NCBI GenBank assembly: GCA_041479245.1
Contig: JBGOXS010000005.1
Span: 1,932-65,931, forward strand
DNA from: Anaerolineae bacterium
GTDB lineage: Bacteria > Chloroflexota > Anaerolineae > Anaerolineales > UBA4823
DNA: 64,000 bases
Direction: 5' to 3'
Notes under the pieces: model-generated
What the model was told of the DNA's origin: nothing
What the model saw: only the letters and a program-made list of their open reading frames with translations
The model's database searches: none
Translations under genes and position numbers: made by a program
In this document: positions 9,197 to 18,708 of the stretch, piece by piece
How positions within the stretch are numbered: the stretch's first letter is position 1
Layout of the letters: each line of letters begins with the position of its first letter

Positions 9197-9382
9197 TCAA
9201 CTATCAACAATCAGGATGACATCATAGTCGGACAAGGCGTCCACCTTCGCGTCAGGGATGGCGCGCATGCTGGTTAGCATAACAGCACGAACCGCATCCC
9301 TGGCAGAGGCCCAATGGATTAGCATAGAGATCGTTTCGTCATTCGATTGGGGGATAGGCATGACGTCGCTCCGGAGGTCCAA
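9197..9382 (-). pseudogene. Truncated N-terminal fragment of an ANT(6)-like nucleotidyltransferase
   Basis: The 61-aa ORF ETISMLIHWASARDAVRAVMLTSMRAIPDAKVDALSDYDVILIV aligns by eye with residues 13-58 of the 6583..7470 product, then stops. No continuation in any frame. Confidence 0.6.
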
Positions 9383-9411
9383 TATTTAGGGGGATCAGAT
9401 CAGGCAAATAA

Positions 9412-10413
9412 CTAGGCGTTCAATGGTTTACGATACAGGGTATCGCGTTTGACAACCTGAAAACCACAGCTTTCATATATGTGACTTGCACCACTTAGAT
9501 TATCCGTGTCCACAACCAGGGCCGATTCAGTCATGCCAACAGCTTTTTGAGCCATGAGGCTGCGGCTAATCAACGCGCCGGCTACCCCACGCCGTCGCCA
9601 GGACCTGGTGACACCGATATTTTCGGTATAGCCACGCTGGCGGTTGAACTGATTATTCTCTACATGATGAATAAACGTTAAAACCTCACCAACTACCTGG
9701 TTCGCGGTGACACCCCATGCCACCTGCCAGAGATCGGGCTGGAACTCTAGGCTTTCAAGCCACGCTTGATAATCGACCTCTGTGCGCGGGTGATGTCCCC
9801 ATTCTTCCTGACTGGTCTCAACGACCAGTTGCCAGATCGGATGGTAATGCTCGGGTAACACAGGGCGGATTTCTAGCCCTTCAGGCAGTGGAATTTGAGG
9901 AATATCTTCCAGTGTAGGTCGGACCATGAGGTCGTAATACCGCACGGGCTGATAGCCTGAATGCACCAATAGCGCTGCAGTGCCTACCTGAAATTGGGTG
10001 ACATTAACCTGGAAATTCTTTTCAAGCTCCGGTGGATGGGTGCTGGCTATCTCCCGGAGGTGCTGTTCCATACCGTACAGTAAAGCCCGCCCAATCCCCT
10101 TTCGGCGCCACTCGGGGACGAGAAAGCCAGTAAGGATGTACCAGCGCTGAGGAGATGGCCCGTCCTCCCACCAGCCGCGGGAATAGCCCACCATTTTACC
10201 TTCGACATCTGCAATGAGCAGGTCTTCATGTGGGTTACAGTTGCTCAGATTTTGGAAGGCTCTCCCAATATCATCGGCGTTTACGTGGCGGTCCATGTGG
10301 TCAGAAGCTTCGCTGGCAGTTAAGACGGCGGCGAGCTCAGCATTATCGTTCTGACCATTATATGGGCGAAAATTCAATCCAGGAATGGGAGGGACACTAC
10401 GGATCTCGATCAT
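9412..10413 (-). CDS. Two-domain GNAT N-acetyltransferase (mycothiol-synthase-like architecture)
   Basis: Two acetyl-CoA motifs, RRKGIGRALL and RRRGVAGALI. Start taken at ATG 10413 (MIEIRS), which avoids overlap with the upstream gene. Confidence 0.7.
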   Translation of the reverse strand: MIEIRSVPPIPGLNFRPYNGQNDNAELAAVLTASEASDHMDRHVNADDIGRAFQNLSNCNPHEDLLIADVEGKMVGYSRGWWEDGPSPQRWYILTGFLVPEWRRKGIGRALLYGMEQHLREIASTHPPELEKNFQVNVTQFQVGTAALLVHSGYQPVRYYDLMVRPTLEDIPQIPLPEGLEIRPVLPEHYHPIWQLVVETSQEEWGHHPRTEVDYQAWLESLEFQPDLWQVAWGVTANQVVGEVLTFIHHVENNQFNRQRGYTENIGVTRSWRRRGVAGALISRSLMAQKAVGMTESALVVDTDNLSGASHIYESCGFQVVKRDTLYRKPLNA

Positions 10414-10418
10414 CGTAG

Positions 10419-11147
10419 TTAAGCTTTCATTGCACGGACGCACATAAAACCGGGGCTGCGCATCAATTCCTCATAATCCTCGGGGTCTTTCTCATAGAAT
10501 TCTTCCGTTGGGAGGGGCTCCAGGATTTGCTCCAGGATGAATCCTGCTTTAAGCAACGGATTGATCACCGCACTCAGCGGACGGCGGTAGGAAGGCACAC
10601 TGATGGGTTTGCCAAATCCTCTCCAAATATATTCCACCCGCTCCACCTTGAAGTAGTTGCTAATAAGGTGGTGCGTAGCATACTTCATGTAGGGATGCTC
10701 CATCGAGAATACTAAACATCCTGCTGCTTTTAAGACCCGATGGAATTCCAATAAGACAGGCTCCCAATCCTTAACATAATCCATCACCAACGGACAAACC
10801 ACCACATCAAACGCTTCATCAGCCAGAAAATCCAACGGGGTTTCGAGGTTTGCCAGCAACACCTGAACCTTCTCCCCCAAACGCTGCTTCGCTAAAGAGA
10901 TCATCTTCTCGTTGGCGTCAAACGCCACCACATCGGCGCCATGGGCATATAGCCACTCGGAATATACGCCAGGACCACAGCCAGCATCCAGGACGCGTTT
11001 TCCGTTGACAACAGGAAGAAGGGATAACGTGGCGGGTCGCTCGTAATAGGCGTTGTGTGGCTTGGTATCCACCATCGCGGCATAAACTTCAGCAATTTCA
11101 TTGTAAGCGTCCTGAGCGAGAGGTCTGGATTTTTGATTTGCGGTCAT
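10419..11147 (-). CDS. Class I SAM-dependent methyltransferase
   Basis: Motif I VLDAGCGPGVYS. About 240 aa. Confidence 0.75.
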   Translation of the reverse strand: MTANQKSRPLAQDAYNEIAEVYAAMVDTKPHNAYYERPATLSLLPVVNGKRVLDAGCGPGVYSEWLYAHGADVVAFDANEKMISLAKQRLGEKVQVLLANLETPLDFLADEAFDVVVCPLVMDYVKDWEPVLLEFHRVLKAAGCLVFSMEHPYMKYATHHLISNYFKVERVEYIWRGFGKPISVPSYRRPLSAVINPLLKAGFILEQILEPLPTEEFYEKDPEDYEELMRSPGFMCVRAMKA

Positions 11148-11228
11148 AAAATGCTCCTGAAATCAGGTAGATGCCAATTTTAAATTTATTAATCTTTCCT
11201 TCTCGAGGCTGCCTGGTCTGATACGGGT

Positions 11229-11278
11229 ATCAGGTAATTAAGCGATTAGGTAATTGGGTGATAGGTGATTAGGTAAGA
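11229..11278. repeat. Degenerate short tandem repeats (GATTAGGTAAT-like)
   Basis: caggtaatta / gattaggtaatt / gataggtgatt / ttaggtaaga in tandem. A related stretch, agcgattagtgaattgtgatta, occurs at 34432-34454. Confidence 0.5.
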
Positions 11279-11324
11279 AAGTACAATCCGAAATTTATCT
11301 GAAGGAGACACAAGTCACTCCTGA

Positions 11325-11798
11325 TCAATCACTGGAAGCCGGGTTCTTGAACCATCGGCTCTCAGATAAGACTTCAAAGACAGGGCTGCGCGGCACCAGC
11401 TGAAACACCGCCATGATCTCGGGGGTGGGGGCAGTAGGCTGACGGGTAGTGAGGTTAAGGATGGTGCCTTCGAGCGAGATTGAGACTGCTTTCTTTCCGT
11501 TGGCTTTTAGAAAGTCATGCCGTACTTTCCAGCGAACTCCTGATGGAGAAAGGCCGGTGAGCAGGTATTTGATGGTGAGAGTTTCACCCAGGCGCGCCTC
11601 CCTAAAAAAATTTGCCGTCAGGGTGGTGTAAACCGGACCCATGTCCAATTTATCGAAAGCTGCAGGTGGAAGGTCGTGCTCGGTGAAGAAGCGATATCGT
11701 TGTTCAGCTGCAGCGTCGATGTAAGCGGAATATCGCACATGCTTGTTGGCGTCGATGTCGGTCCAGCGGACCTCATAGGTCATTGAATAAGCATCCAT
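11325..11798 (-). CDS. Acyl-CoA thioesterase, hotdog fold (4HBT/YbgC-like)
   Basis: YEVRWTDIDANKHVRYSAYID at the N-terminus. About 155 aa. Confidence 0.7.
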   Translation of the reverse strand: MDAYSMTYEVRWTDIDANKHVRYSAYIDAAAEQRYRFFTEHDLPPAAFDKLDMGPVYTTLTANFFREARLGETLTIKYLLTGLSPSGVRWKVRHDFLKANGKKAVSISLEGTILNLTTRQPTAPTPEIMAVFQLVPRSPVFEVLSESRWFKNPASSD

Positions 11799-12177
11799 GA
11801 ACTATCCTCAACTTGTTTGAATCAGGCGTGTGTTTCATCATACTATACATCAATCTTGAGGGACGTCAATGGGATCGCGATCAGCTATCAACCTTGAACT
11901 GTGGGCAATGAAATCGCACTGAAATCATCTCAACGCTGCTGGCATTGAAATCATCAGGACACTGCTAGCGTTGAGCAGATAAAACAATGTTGGGTTTCGC
12001 GAGTAAAATCACCTCGCTCAATCCGGTATGATAACCATCCGGATAGCCCCAACCAACTGCTAATTATGAGGATTTATTTTCTTGCTTAGTAAACGGATCC
12101 AATAATGGATTCCGGAGAAATCACACGGTGCGGGTTAGCAGATAAGACCTTCCAATTCATCCCTGACTAAATAATTG

Positions 12178-13128
12178 TTATTCCGTTTTCACGTAATCGA
12201 GGTACCGGTTCATTACCTTGAAGCCGATGGAAGTATAGAGATTCAAGGCGGGTGTATTCGTTTCGCCGGTGGAGACGCAGACCCTATCCATGCCGTATGC
12301 TTTCATCCGCCGCATGCCCTCGAGCAGAGCCAGGCGGGTTAACCCCTTCCGGCGATACGCCTGTCGAGCACCGACCGGACCAAAATCACCTATGCGGTTC
12401 ACTGGATCGATCCAGCCGTTTACATTGGAGGCGATGACGCCCTCGGGTGTGATTGTGACCACATCCAGATCACGTTGATAGCCGGGCAGGCTCATCAAGA
12501 GAGGGTAATCGTCGGCACTAACGTTGCCCACAGTCCATGGTAGCCATACATCACGCTCTAATGCTGCCCGGTCGGGGATTTCACTTAATGCAAGCTCCCG
12601 TACCTGGTAACCTTCTGGGATAGGTAGATCGGGTATGGGCTCACTCAATGAACGTAGCATGTTTACTTCTGAAAACGTACCACGATAGGTAAAACCGTGC
12701 GCTTCCAGGAACTGGATGCGTTGCTTGTCATCCTGGCGGGTACCGGAGACCAACTCACCTCCCCACCGATCAGCATCATGCGGGTGAAGCTGGGAAAGGA
12801 ATACCATCGCCCAGTCAAATGCCGCAGCCTCAATGCCGGTCCATTCATACTTCGGTAGCACCTGACAATCAAAGGTTGGATCTTCACCCAGCATGGCATA
12901 GGCGACCAGGTGTCCATCTGCATCGTGCCAGAGGCGGATATGCTCGTGGGGATCCAGATGGCATAGGACCATGAAGAAATTCCACAGCAGCTCGCCTACG
13001 TGGGAGTAGTGCCAGTCGTTGGTACGTGAGCGCGCTTGCATCAGCAGGTCAAGCATGTCTTTTAGATCCTGCTCGCCTGCGTAGAGACGGGAGGAGAAAG
13101 AGGGAGAGGAGTGGGGATTCTGGCTCAT
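12178..13128 (-). CDS. GNAT family N-acetyltransferase (two-lobed, MshD-like)
   Basis: C-terminal acetyl-CoA motif RRKGLTRLALLEG. Architecture is similar to 9412..10413. Confidence 0.65.
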   Translation of the reverse strand: MSQNPHSSPSFSSRLYAGEQDLKDMLDLLMQARSRTNDWHYSHVGELLWNFFMVLCHLDPHEHIRLWHDADGHLVAYAMLGEDPTFDCQVLPKYEWTGIEAAAFDWAMVFLSQLHPHDADRWGGELVSGTRQDDKQRIQFLEAHGFTYRGTFSEVNMLRSLSEPIPDLPIPEGYQVRELALSEIPDRAALERDVWLPWTVGNVSADDYPLLMSLPGYQRDLDVVTITPEGVIASNVNGWIDPVNRIGDFGPVGARQAYRRKGLTRLALLEGMRRMKAYGMDRVCVSTGETNTPALNLYTSIGFKVMNRYLDYVKTE

Positions 13129-13275
13129 TGGTGAATAGAGTTAATTATTAGGCTGTGGGTATAAACCCCATTGCTGTTGAGCTTCGTAAATATTGATCAA
13201 TCCCGGATCAGAACAAACCAGACGGATCCAACAAATAATCTATCCGATTGGTTAATAGGTTTGAATTGTCTGTAT

Positions 13276-13340
13276 AAGATTTCTTCATCGCATAGTTCGC
13301 TTTTACACTGAAAACCATTGGAGATAACCGCAATGATGAC
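13276..13340. repeat. Fourth copy of the AAGATTTCTTC...GCAATGA element
   Basis: aagatttcttcatcgcatag matches 6513-6532 (aagatttcttcgtcgtatag) at 18/20. It ends in ccgcaatgatgac and has a similar length of about 65 nt. Confidence 0.55.
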
Positions 13341-13389
13341 TAAATTCGCACATATCATGCAGATTTTATATAAACTGACTCAATTTCAC

Positions 13390-13851
13390 CTATCCTTCAG
13401 ATCTTTTCTGCCACAATTGGACGGTGAGCTGGATGTGCCCAACGTGGGTGGCGGTGTGTTCCAAGGCATGCAACAAAGCCCATGAAACTGAGACTTGGGT
13501 GCCATGACGTGGGTGCAGACGCGACGCCTCAAGGTCTGGCAGGCGCAACCCTTCAAAGGCAGTCATGAGGTAGACTTCAGTCTCGTTCAGCCGACGAACC
13601 ACATCCTCCTTGCTCATCCCCTTCACCAGAAATTCAGCCTCGCGATTGCGGTTGGATGGATCCTGCATGATCACATCACTGATTAAAAAACGTTCAGCAC
13701 CTGTGAGATGAACGATGATAACACTTATAGAGTTCATTTCGCTACCCGGTTTCCAATCCAATGCCTCAGCAGGAAGGGTATCTAAAGCATTGAGGATTGC
13801 AGCATGCAGCTCGTGGAACCTGTCGGCGAGCGATTCATAAAAAGGGATCAT
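13390..13851 (-). CDS. DinB family protein
   Basis: Four-helix DinB-like pattern with His residues (IVHLTGAE, HALEHTATHVGH). GGAGG RBS 5 nt before ATG 13851. Confidence 0.65.
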   Translation of the reverse strand: MIPFYESLADRFHELHAAILNALDTLPAEALDWKPGSEMNSISVIIVHLTGAERFLISDVIMQDPSNRNREAEFLVKGMSKEDVVRRLNETEVYLMTAFEGLRLPDLEASRLHPRHGTQVSVSWALLHALEHTATHVGHIQLTVQLWQKRSEG

Positions 13852-14020
13852 TTTTTCCTCCACTCTAAAGTTAATTCGATGATACTACTAATTTTCGGAA
13901 TTCGTACGGCCGTGATTAGATGAATTTCACCCGGAAAGTAAGGAGAATCGCGTCGACAGTCCAATCGCAGACCGCCGCTAAATTATACGTTAAGTGAACT
14001 AAAAAGAACAATCCTGATCG

Positions 14021-14059
14021 AAAAATAAAAACCTCACCGGGTTTTGAAACCTGTGAGGT
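14021..14059 (-). terminator. Rho-independent terminator after the GPP34 gene
   Basis: On the minus strand, stem acctcac/gtgaggt is followed by TTTTTATTTTT. Confidence 0.6.
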
Positions 14060-14091
14060 CATAGGATGATGATTGCTCCGTCGACGGGCAA

Positions 14092-14742
14092 CTAATCTTC
14101 TTCGACCACCGAGGCAATAGCAGAGCTTATTTCCTGGATAGTCTCCAAGGTGGGATTCTGCATAGCGTGGAAGACCACCAGTTCATTGATCCTCAGGTTG
14201 GCAGCCTTACGCTCATCGCGCAAGAATATCAAGTCCAGCAGCCCACAGGCGCACACCAGGCTGAGGAAAGCGATCTCACGCGGGTGAGCATCCTCCTGGG
14301 CGAGGACAATGCTGCGCAGAAGTTTTATGACCGAGTATTTGGTGGAAGCTTTTACTTCTGGATGTAATGGGGAGGGGATGACCCAAACCAAGCGGTCGTC
14401 TTCCTGGACCATGATCTCCTTCTGGATCAAGCTGGCAGTGATCACTTTCTGAAGTTTCTCCGGCTTGGAGTTGAGGCTATTGATCCAGTAGCCGAATTTG
14501 CGGTCTTTTTCTGACTCTTTCAAAGTTGTGATGAGATCATCCAGGATGGGGTCATTGGTCGGTGTGCTATCCTCCAGCTTAAGGCGGTGGTTTGGGGCTG
14601 TACAAATTTTATTGGCAAAGGCAAGTTCTGCAAGCATCGCACCGGCAAGCCCTGGTTTTAATGGTTCGACTGCTGAATGGACGATAATCCCTTTGTCTTC
14701 ATGAATTGCGAGCAGCTGGAGTTCTTCGTATAAAGTAAGCAT
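14092..14742 (-). CDS. GPP34/GOLPH3 family protein
   Basis: N-terminus LTLYEELQLLAIHEDKG is typical of bacterial GPP34 family proteins. About 215 aa. Confidence 0.65.
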   Translation of the reverse strand: MLTLYEELQLLAIHEDKGIIVHSAVEPLKPGLAGAMLAELAFANKICTAPNHRLKLEDSTPTNDPILDDLITTLKESEKDRKFGYWINSLNSKPEKLQKVITASLIQKEIMVQEDDRLVWVIPSPLHPEVKASTKYSVIKLLRSIVLAQEDAHPREIAFLSLVCACGLLDLIFLRDERKAANLRINELVVFHAMQNPTLETIQEISSAIASVVEED

Positions 14743-14911
14743 TCCATAATCCTTTCCCCAAAAATATCATCTCCGAGTTTAATGATTATACCCTTATATA
14801 ATCTTGATTCGATGAAGTTCACAGTCTTAAATACATACTCCCCACCCAATGTCTCAACTAGCGAGAATCGAAGAGGGGAGTATTATTCTACACGGAGATC
14901 GACTACACGAA

Positions 14912-15703
14912 TTAAATATACAGGTCGCGGCGGTTATATGTTAGATATGCTCCTATTACACACAAGACAATGATGGCGGCTGAGATCAGCAGGTACGGTC
15001 CACTAATCCCGTTGCGGAAGAGTTCACCGGCATCAAAATACTTGAACGGAGTGAAGTACTTGAGAAAATCCAAATTCTTCTGCAGCCCGGAGAGGATGGA
15101 AAGGAAGTAAGCCACCAGGATAATGGCAATGGCAATCGAGCTGGAACGCTTATACTGCTTCATGGCAGCTCCCAGCAGCAGGCCAATGGCGAGGAACACT
15201 AGCTCAATCACGAACATAGCGATCATTTCGAGGGTAAGAAAGTTATAGAATGCCTGGTCAGGCTTATAGCTCCGGGAGACACCAACGGACACCAGCGCAG
15301 TCACTAACACGAACACGATGCAATTGACCAAGGCAGCCAGTGCCTTGGCGGTGATGACTTTGGAGCGCGTGACCGGGAGGACAAGGGAAAATTCGACCGT
15401 TTTATCACGCTCCTCCTTAGAAATAGCATCACTGCCCCACATAGCGGCAGCGATGGCACCAAGCAAGGCAAAATAGACGAACATAATGCCATAGAACCCG
15501 CTGATCGTGGTCAGATTGAATGCGCGCATGCTCATGACGTCAATCAGAGCAGCAGGCAACGAATCCAGGATTTTCAGCAATTCGGGGTTGTTGAAATAGG
15601 CGGAGAATTTGGATATGCCGCCCAGGATCAGCAGCGCCATGATCACGCACCAAATGATCAGGGATTTTAAATTCGCTTTCAATTCACGACGAAATATGTT
15701 CAT
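14912..15703 (-). CDS. ABC-2 type transporter permease
   Basis: Six-TM hydrophobic protein. Start ATG 15703 is preceded by an AAGGAG RBS. Lies in an operon with the ATPase. Confidence 0.7.
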   Translation of the reverse strand: MNIFRRELKANLKSLIIWCVIMALLILGGISKFSAYFNNPELLKILDSLPAALIDVMSMRAFNLTTISGFYGIMFVYFALLGAIAAAMWGSDAISKEERDKTVEFSLVLPVTRSKVITAKALAALVNCIVFVLVTALVSVGVSRSYKPDQAFYNFLTLEMIAMFVIELVFLAIGLLLGAAMKQYKRSSSIAIAIILVAYFLSILSGLQKNLDFLKYFTPFKYFDAGELFRNGISGPYLLISAAIIVLCVIGAYLTYNRRDLYI

Positions 15704-15714
15704 AGAGTACCTCC

Positions 15715-16524
15715 TTATGACACCGCCGGTATATCGCGGCGGAGATACAACCAATAACTCACTGCCAACGAAACTATAATGACCGCCAGATCAAGCAAGA
15801 CAAGCGGGGTATCATAGGCGACATGCTGGATGATATAGTTGGGATCGAAATGTTTAAAGGCTGTGATGAGCTCCAACACTGAAACACCCTCCAACCCACT
15901 GAAAGCAGCCAGTACATACATACCAAAACCTAACCCGAGGGCGTAGGGAGTCACACTACGCACACGTTTGACCAGCAAAGAGATCACCAGGCCGAGGCTG
16001 AGGAAAAACAGCTGGAAGATCACCAGGCTGAGTAATAGTAAAACCACCGTGGTCGTGTCATACTGGCGACCGCCACGGAAGAGCATGAGGCCGATGATGG
16101 TACTTACCCACACGACCAGGTCGGTGATGAGCAGGCTGGTGAAGGCAGCCAACAACTTACTGATCAGGATCTGTGACCGGCTCACCGGTTTACTAACCAG
16201 GAAATCGGCGGTAAGCTCAGTTTCTTCTATTGAGACAAGCCCAAAGCCGTAATTGCCCGCCTGAATAGCGATGCAGAGCTGAGTGAAAAGGAAGATAAAG
16301 CTATAGAACCCTAAAATTGTGGACAAATCCACCTGGTTCAAGCCAAACGCAGCCAGAAGCGCCGGGGGGAATTTAGACATGGTTTCGTTCAGCAAAGTTG
16401 CCTGGTTTGCAAACCCGGGGTAAATTGAAAGGAAAATGAGGATGATCGCTATCAAGGCGATCGACCAGGAGACAACCGATTTAATTCGGGAGCGGAATTC
16501 GTGTATATATATTGTTGCGCTCAT
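15715..16524 (-). CDS. ABC-2 type transporter permease
   Basis: Polytopic membrane protein immediately downstream of the ABC ATPase. Confidence 0.7.
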   Translation of the reverse strand: MSATIYIHEFRSRIKSVVSWSIALIAIILIFLSIYPGFANQATLLNETMSKFPPALLAAFGLNQVDLSTILGFYSFIFLFTQLCIAIQAGNYGFGLVSIEETELTADFLVSKPVSRSQILISKLLAAFTSLLITDLVVWVSTIIGLMLFRGGRQYDTTTVVLLLLSLVIFQLFFLSLGLVISLLVKRVRSVTPYALGLGFGMYVLAAFSGLEGVSVLELITAFKHFDPNYIIQHVAYDTPLVLLDLAVIIVSLAVSYWLYLRRDIPAVS

Positions 16525-16533
16525 GGTGTGTGC

Positions 16534-17406
16534 CTATTCATAGTAGTGCATGAAGATTTCTTCCAGCGTCGGCTCCTCGATGGTTAAATCGGTAACCTGT
16601 ACACCGCTGATCTTTTGCAGCACCGAATTGATATCACCCTTGAAGAAGAAGTTGACTATCCCATTTTCGGTTTGCAGGTTGGTCACCCCTGGAAGGTTGA
16701 AGGAGGCCGGGTTTAGTTCCTCTGCCATCACGCGCACTTTTTTGTAATTGTTTTGCTGGAGGGATCGGATGTCTGAGATCTCAGCGATTTTTCCCTCGCG
16801 GATGATGCCAACCCGGTTGCATAGACGCTGCACCTCGCCTAAAATATGGGAAGAAAAGAAAACCGTGACCCCACGGGCGTTCTCTTCGCGGATCAGGTCG
16901 AAGAACTTGCGCTGCATGAGCGGATCGAGACCGGCGGTCGGCTCATCCAGGAAGAGCAGTTTGGGGCTGTGTAGCAAGCCCTGGACGATGCCCACTTTCT
17001 TCTTATTGCCATAGGAAAGATCGCTGATGCGGCGGTTCATCTCCAGCTCCATGGTTTCAGATAGCATGTGTAGACGCTCCGTGCAATCGCAGTTGTAGAA
17101 GCTGGCGGAATACTTTAACAGGTCAATGACTTTCATCCCCTCATAGTAATAGACTTCTGAGGGCAGGTAGCCGATATCCCGGCGGATTTCTGGTCCTTGG
17201 GTGACCACGTCCATTCCGAAAACCCTGGCGGTACCACTGGTGGGTCGGATCAACGACAGGAGCAGGCGGATGGTGGTGGACTTACCGGCACCGTTTGGCC
17301 CAATAAATCCGAAAATTTCACCTTCTGCAACATTGAAAGAAACATCCACGATACCACGTGCTTTTCCGTAATACTTGGTTAGATTACTTACTTCGATGAC
17401 GCTCAT
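16534..17406 (-). CDS. ABC transporter ATP-binding protein
   Basis: Walker A GPNGAGKST, signature LSYGNKKK, Walker B LLFLDEPTAGLD. Start taken at ATG 17406 (MSVIEVSNL). Confidence 0.9.
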   Translation of the reverse strand: MSVIEVSNLTKYYGKARGIVDVSFNVAEGEIFGFIGPNGAGKSTTIRLLLSLIRPTSGTARVFGMDVVTQGPEIRRDIGYLPSEVYYYEGMKVIDLLKYSASFYNCDCTERLHMLSETMELEMNRRISDLSYGNKKKVGIVQGLLHSPKLLFLDEPTAGLDPLMQRKFFDLIREENARGVTVFFSSHILGEVQRLCNRVGIIREGKIAEISDIRSLQQNNYKKVRVMAEELNPASFNLPGVTNLQTENGIVNFFFKGDINSVLQKISGVQVTDLTIEEPTLEEIFMHYYE

Positions 17407-17410
17407 AGAG

Positions 17411-18115
17411 TTACTCCTTTGAATTAGTAGAGAGTGGAAACCACTCCCGAAGAATGGCCGTATCGAACAGTGGCAACGAGCCGGGATCAGCCCCGAGAAT
17501 GCGTTCAACGGCATCCTGGTAGGAGGTGGTCAGCATTTCTAAGCTCTGAAGAGACCCAGGTTCCGGCTCTGGTTGGAACATCAGCGGGACCAGGGTGTCC
17601 CCAAAGCTTTGCAGCAGGGAAAAAATAATCCCACTGGCCTGGGCGGGAAACGCTGTGTGAAACACCCTCTCATCAACGCCCTGGCAAATGATGCTAGTAA
17701 TCAGGGGCTCGACAAGCGGGATCACCGCCGATTGCGTCTTCATGCGCAGGACAGCATTCTCGTCAGCATACCAGACTTTCACCAGGCGCAACAGGTATTC
17801 CTTACGGTCGGTTTTCCAGCGTGAGGCGACGTCAAAAACACGGCGCAGTTTTTCTACCGCGGCGAGGTGCTCATTCTGGACAATGGGGATCAGGATTTGT
17901 ACGCCCTGCTGCGACATGCGCTCGATTAAAGCTTCCAACAAGGCCTGCTTTGAGTCAAAGTAATGGTAGAAAGCGCCCTTGGATATCTTCAGCTCTGCCA
18001 GGATATCCTGGATCGACATCCCTTCGTAGCCCCTGGTATAGACCAATCGCTGGGCTGCGTCCAGGATCTCATTACGCCTGATCTCATATTCCTCTTTGTT
18101 GACAATTCGTGCCAT
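17411..18115 (-). CDS. TetR/AcrR family transcriptional regulator
   Basis: N-terminal HTH (YEGMSIQDILAELKISKGAFYHYFDSK). Start taken at ATG 18115 (MARIVNK). Confidence 0.85.
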   Translation of the reverse strand: MARIVNKEEYEIRRNEILDAAQRLVYTRGYEGMSIQDILAELKISKGAFYHYFDSKQALLEALIERMSQQGVQILIPIVQNEHLAAVEKLRRVFDVASRWKTDRKEYLLRLVKVWYADENAVLRMKTQSAVIPLVEPLITSIICQGVDERVFHTAFPAQASGIIFSLLQSFGDTLVPLMFQPEPEPGSLQSLEMLTTSYQDAVERILGADPGSLPLFDTAILREWFPLSTNSKE

Positions 18116-18126
18116 CTTTCTACTCT

Positions 18127-18153
18127 TTAATAAACCGACGGTCGGTTTATTAA
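18127..18153. promoter_or_regulatory. Candidate TetR operator, perfect 13-1-13 palindrome
   Basis: ttaataaaccgac g gtcggtttattaa, 12 nt upstream of the TetR start codon. Confidence 0.6.
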
Positions 18154-18708
18154 TTGATATTATAAGACAGATGGATAGAGTTGTCAATGAAGGAAGATGA
18201 TCGCATCACCGGGATGGTCGTATTCCCGCACCTGAAGCCTGATTTGACCCACATTTACACGTAAATCTTGCATCATTACCTCACAGTCAAACCCTTATGG
18301 TAAATCCATTTATTCAATATCAATAAAAACCAGATTTTTCTGCACTAATTATACGGAGATTTATTACTTCCGCACAATACCCTGGCAGAAAGTGAGTTAA
18401 CCAATGTGAACCAAGATTAGTTAAAAGAACTGCAGCTCTCGTGTCAATGAATGTTTCAGAGCACAACTATTTATATACCTTGGTGTTAAAAATTTCGAAG
18501 ATCAATTGAAATATAGAAAATCCAATCGATCATCCAGGAATTCCGGGTTACTGGACGAACTATCGCTGAACTTCAGGGAGAGAGGAGTGGATGACCAACC
18601 TGTGTAATGGATTTACGTAGGGTCACTGCTGAATCATCACTGCAAACCCAATATCGTGCAAGTCCCCTTTGAATTGTAGATTATTACTCGTGCCAAGGAG
18701 GAAATAGG

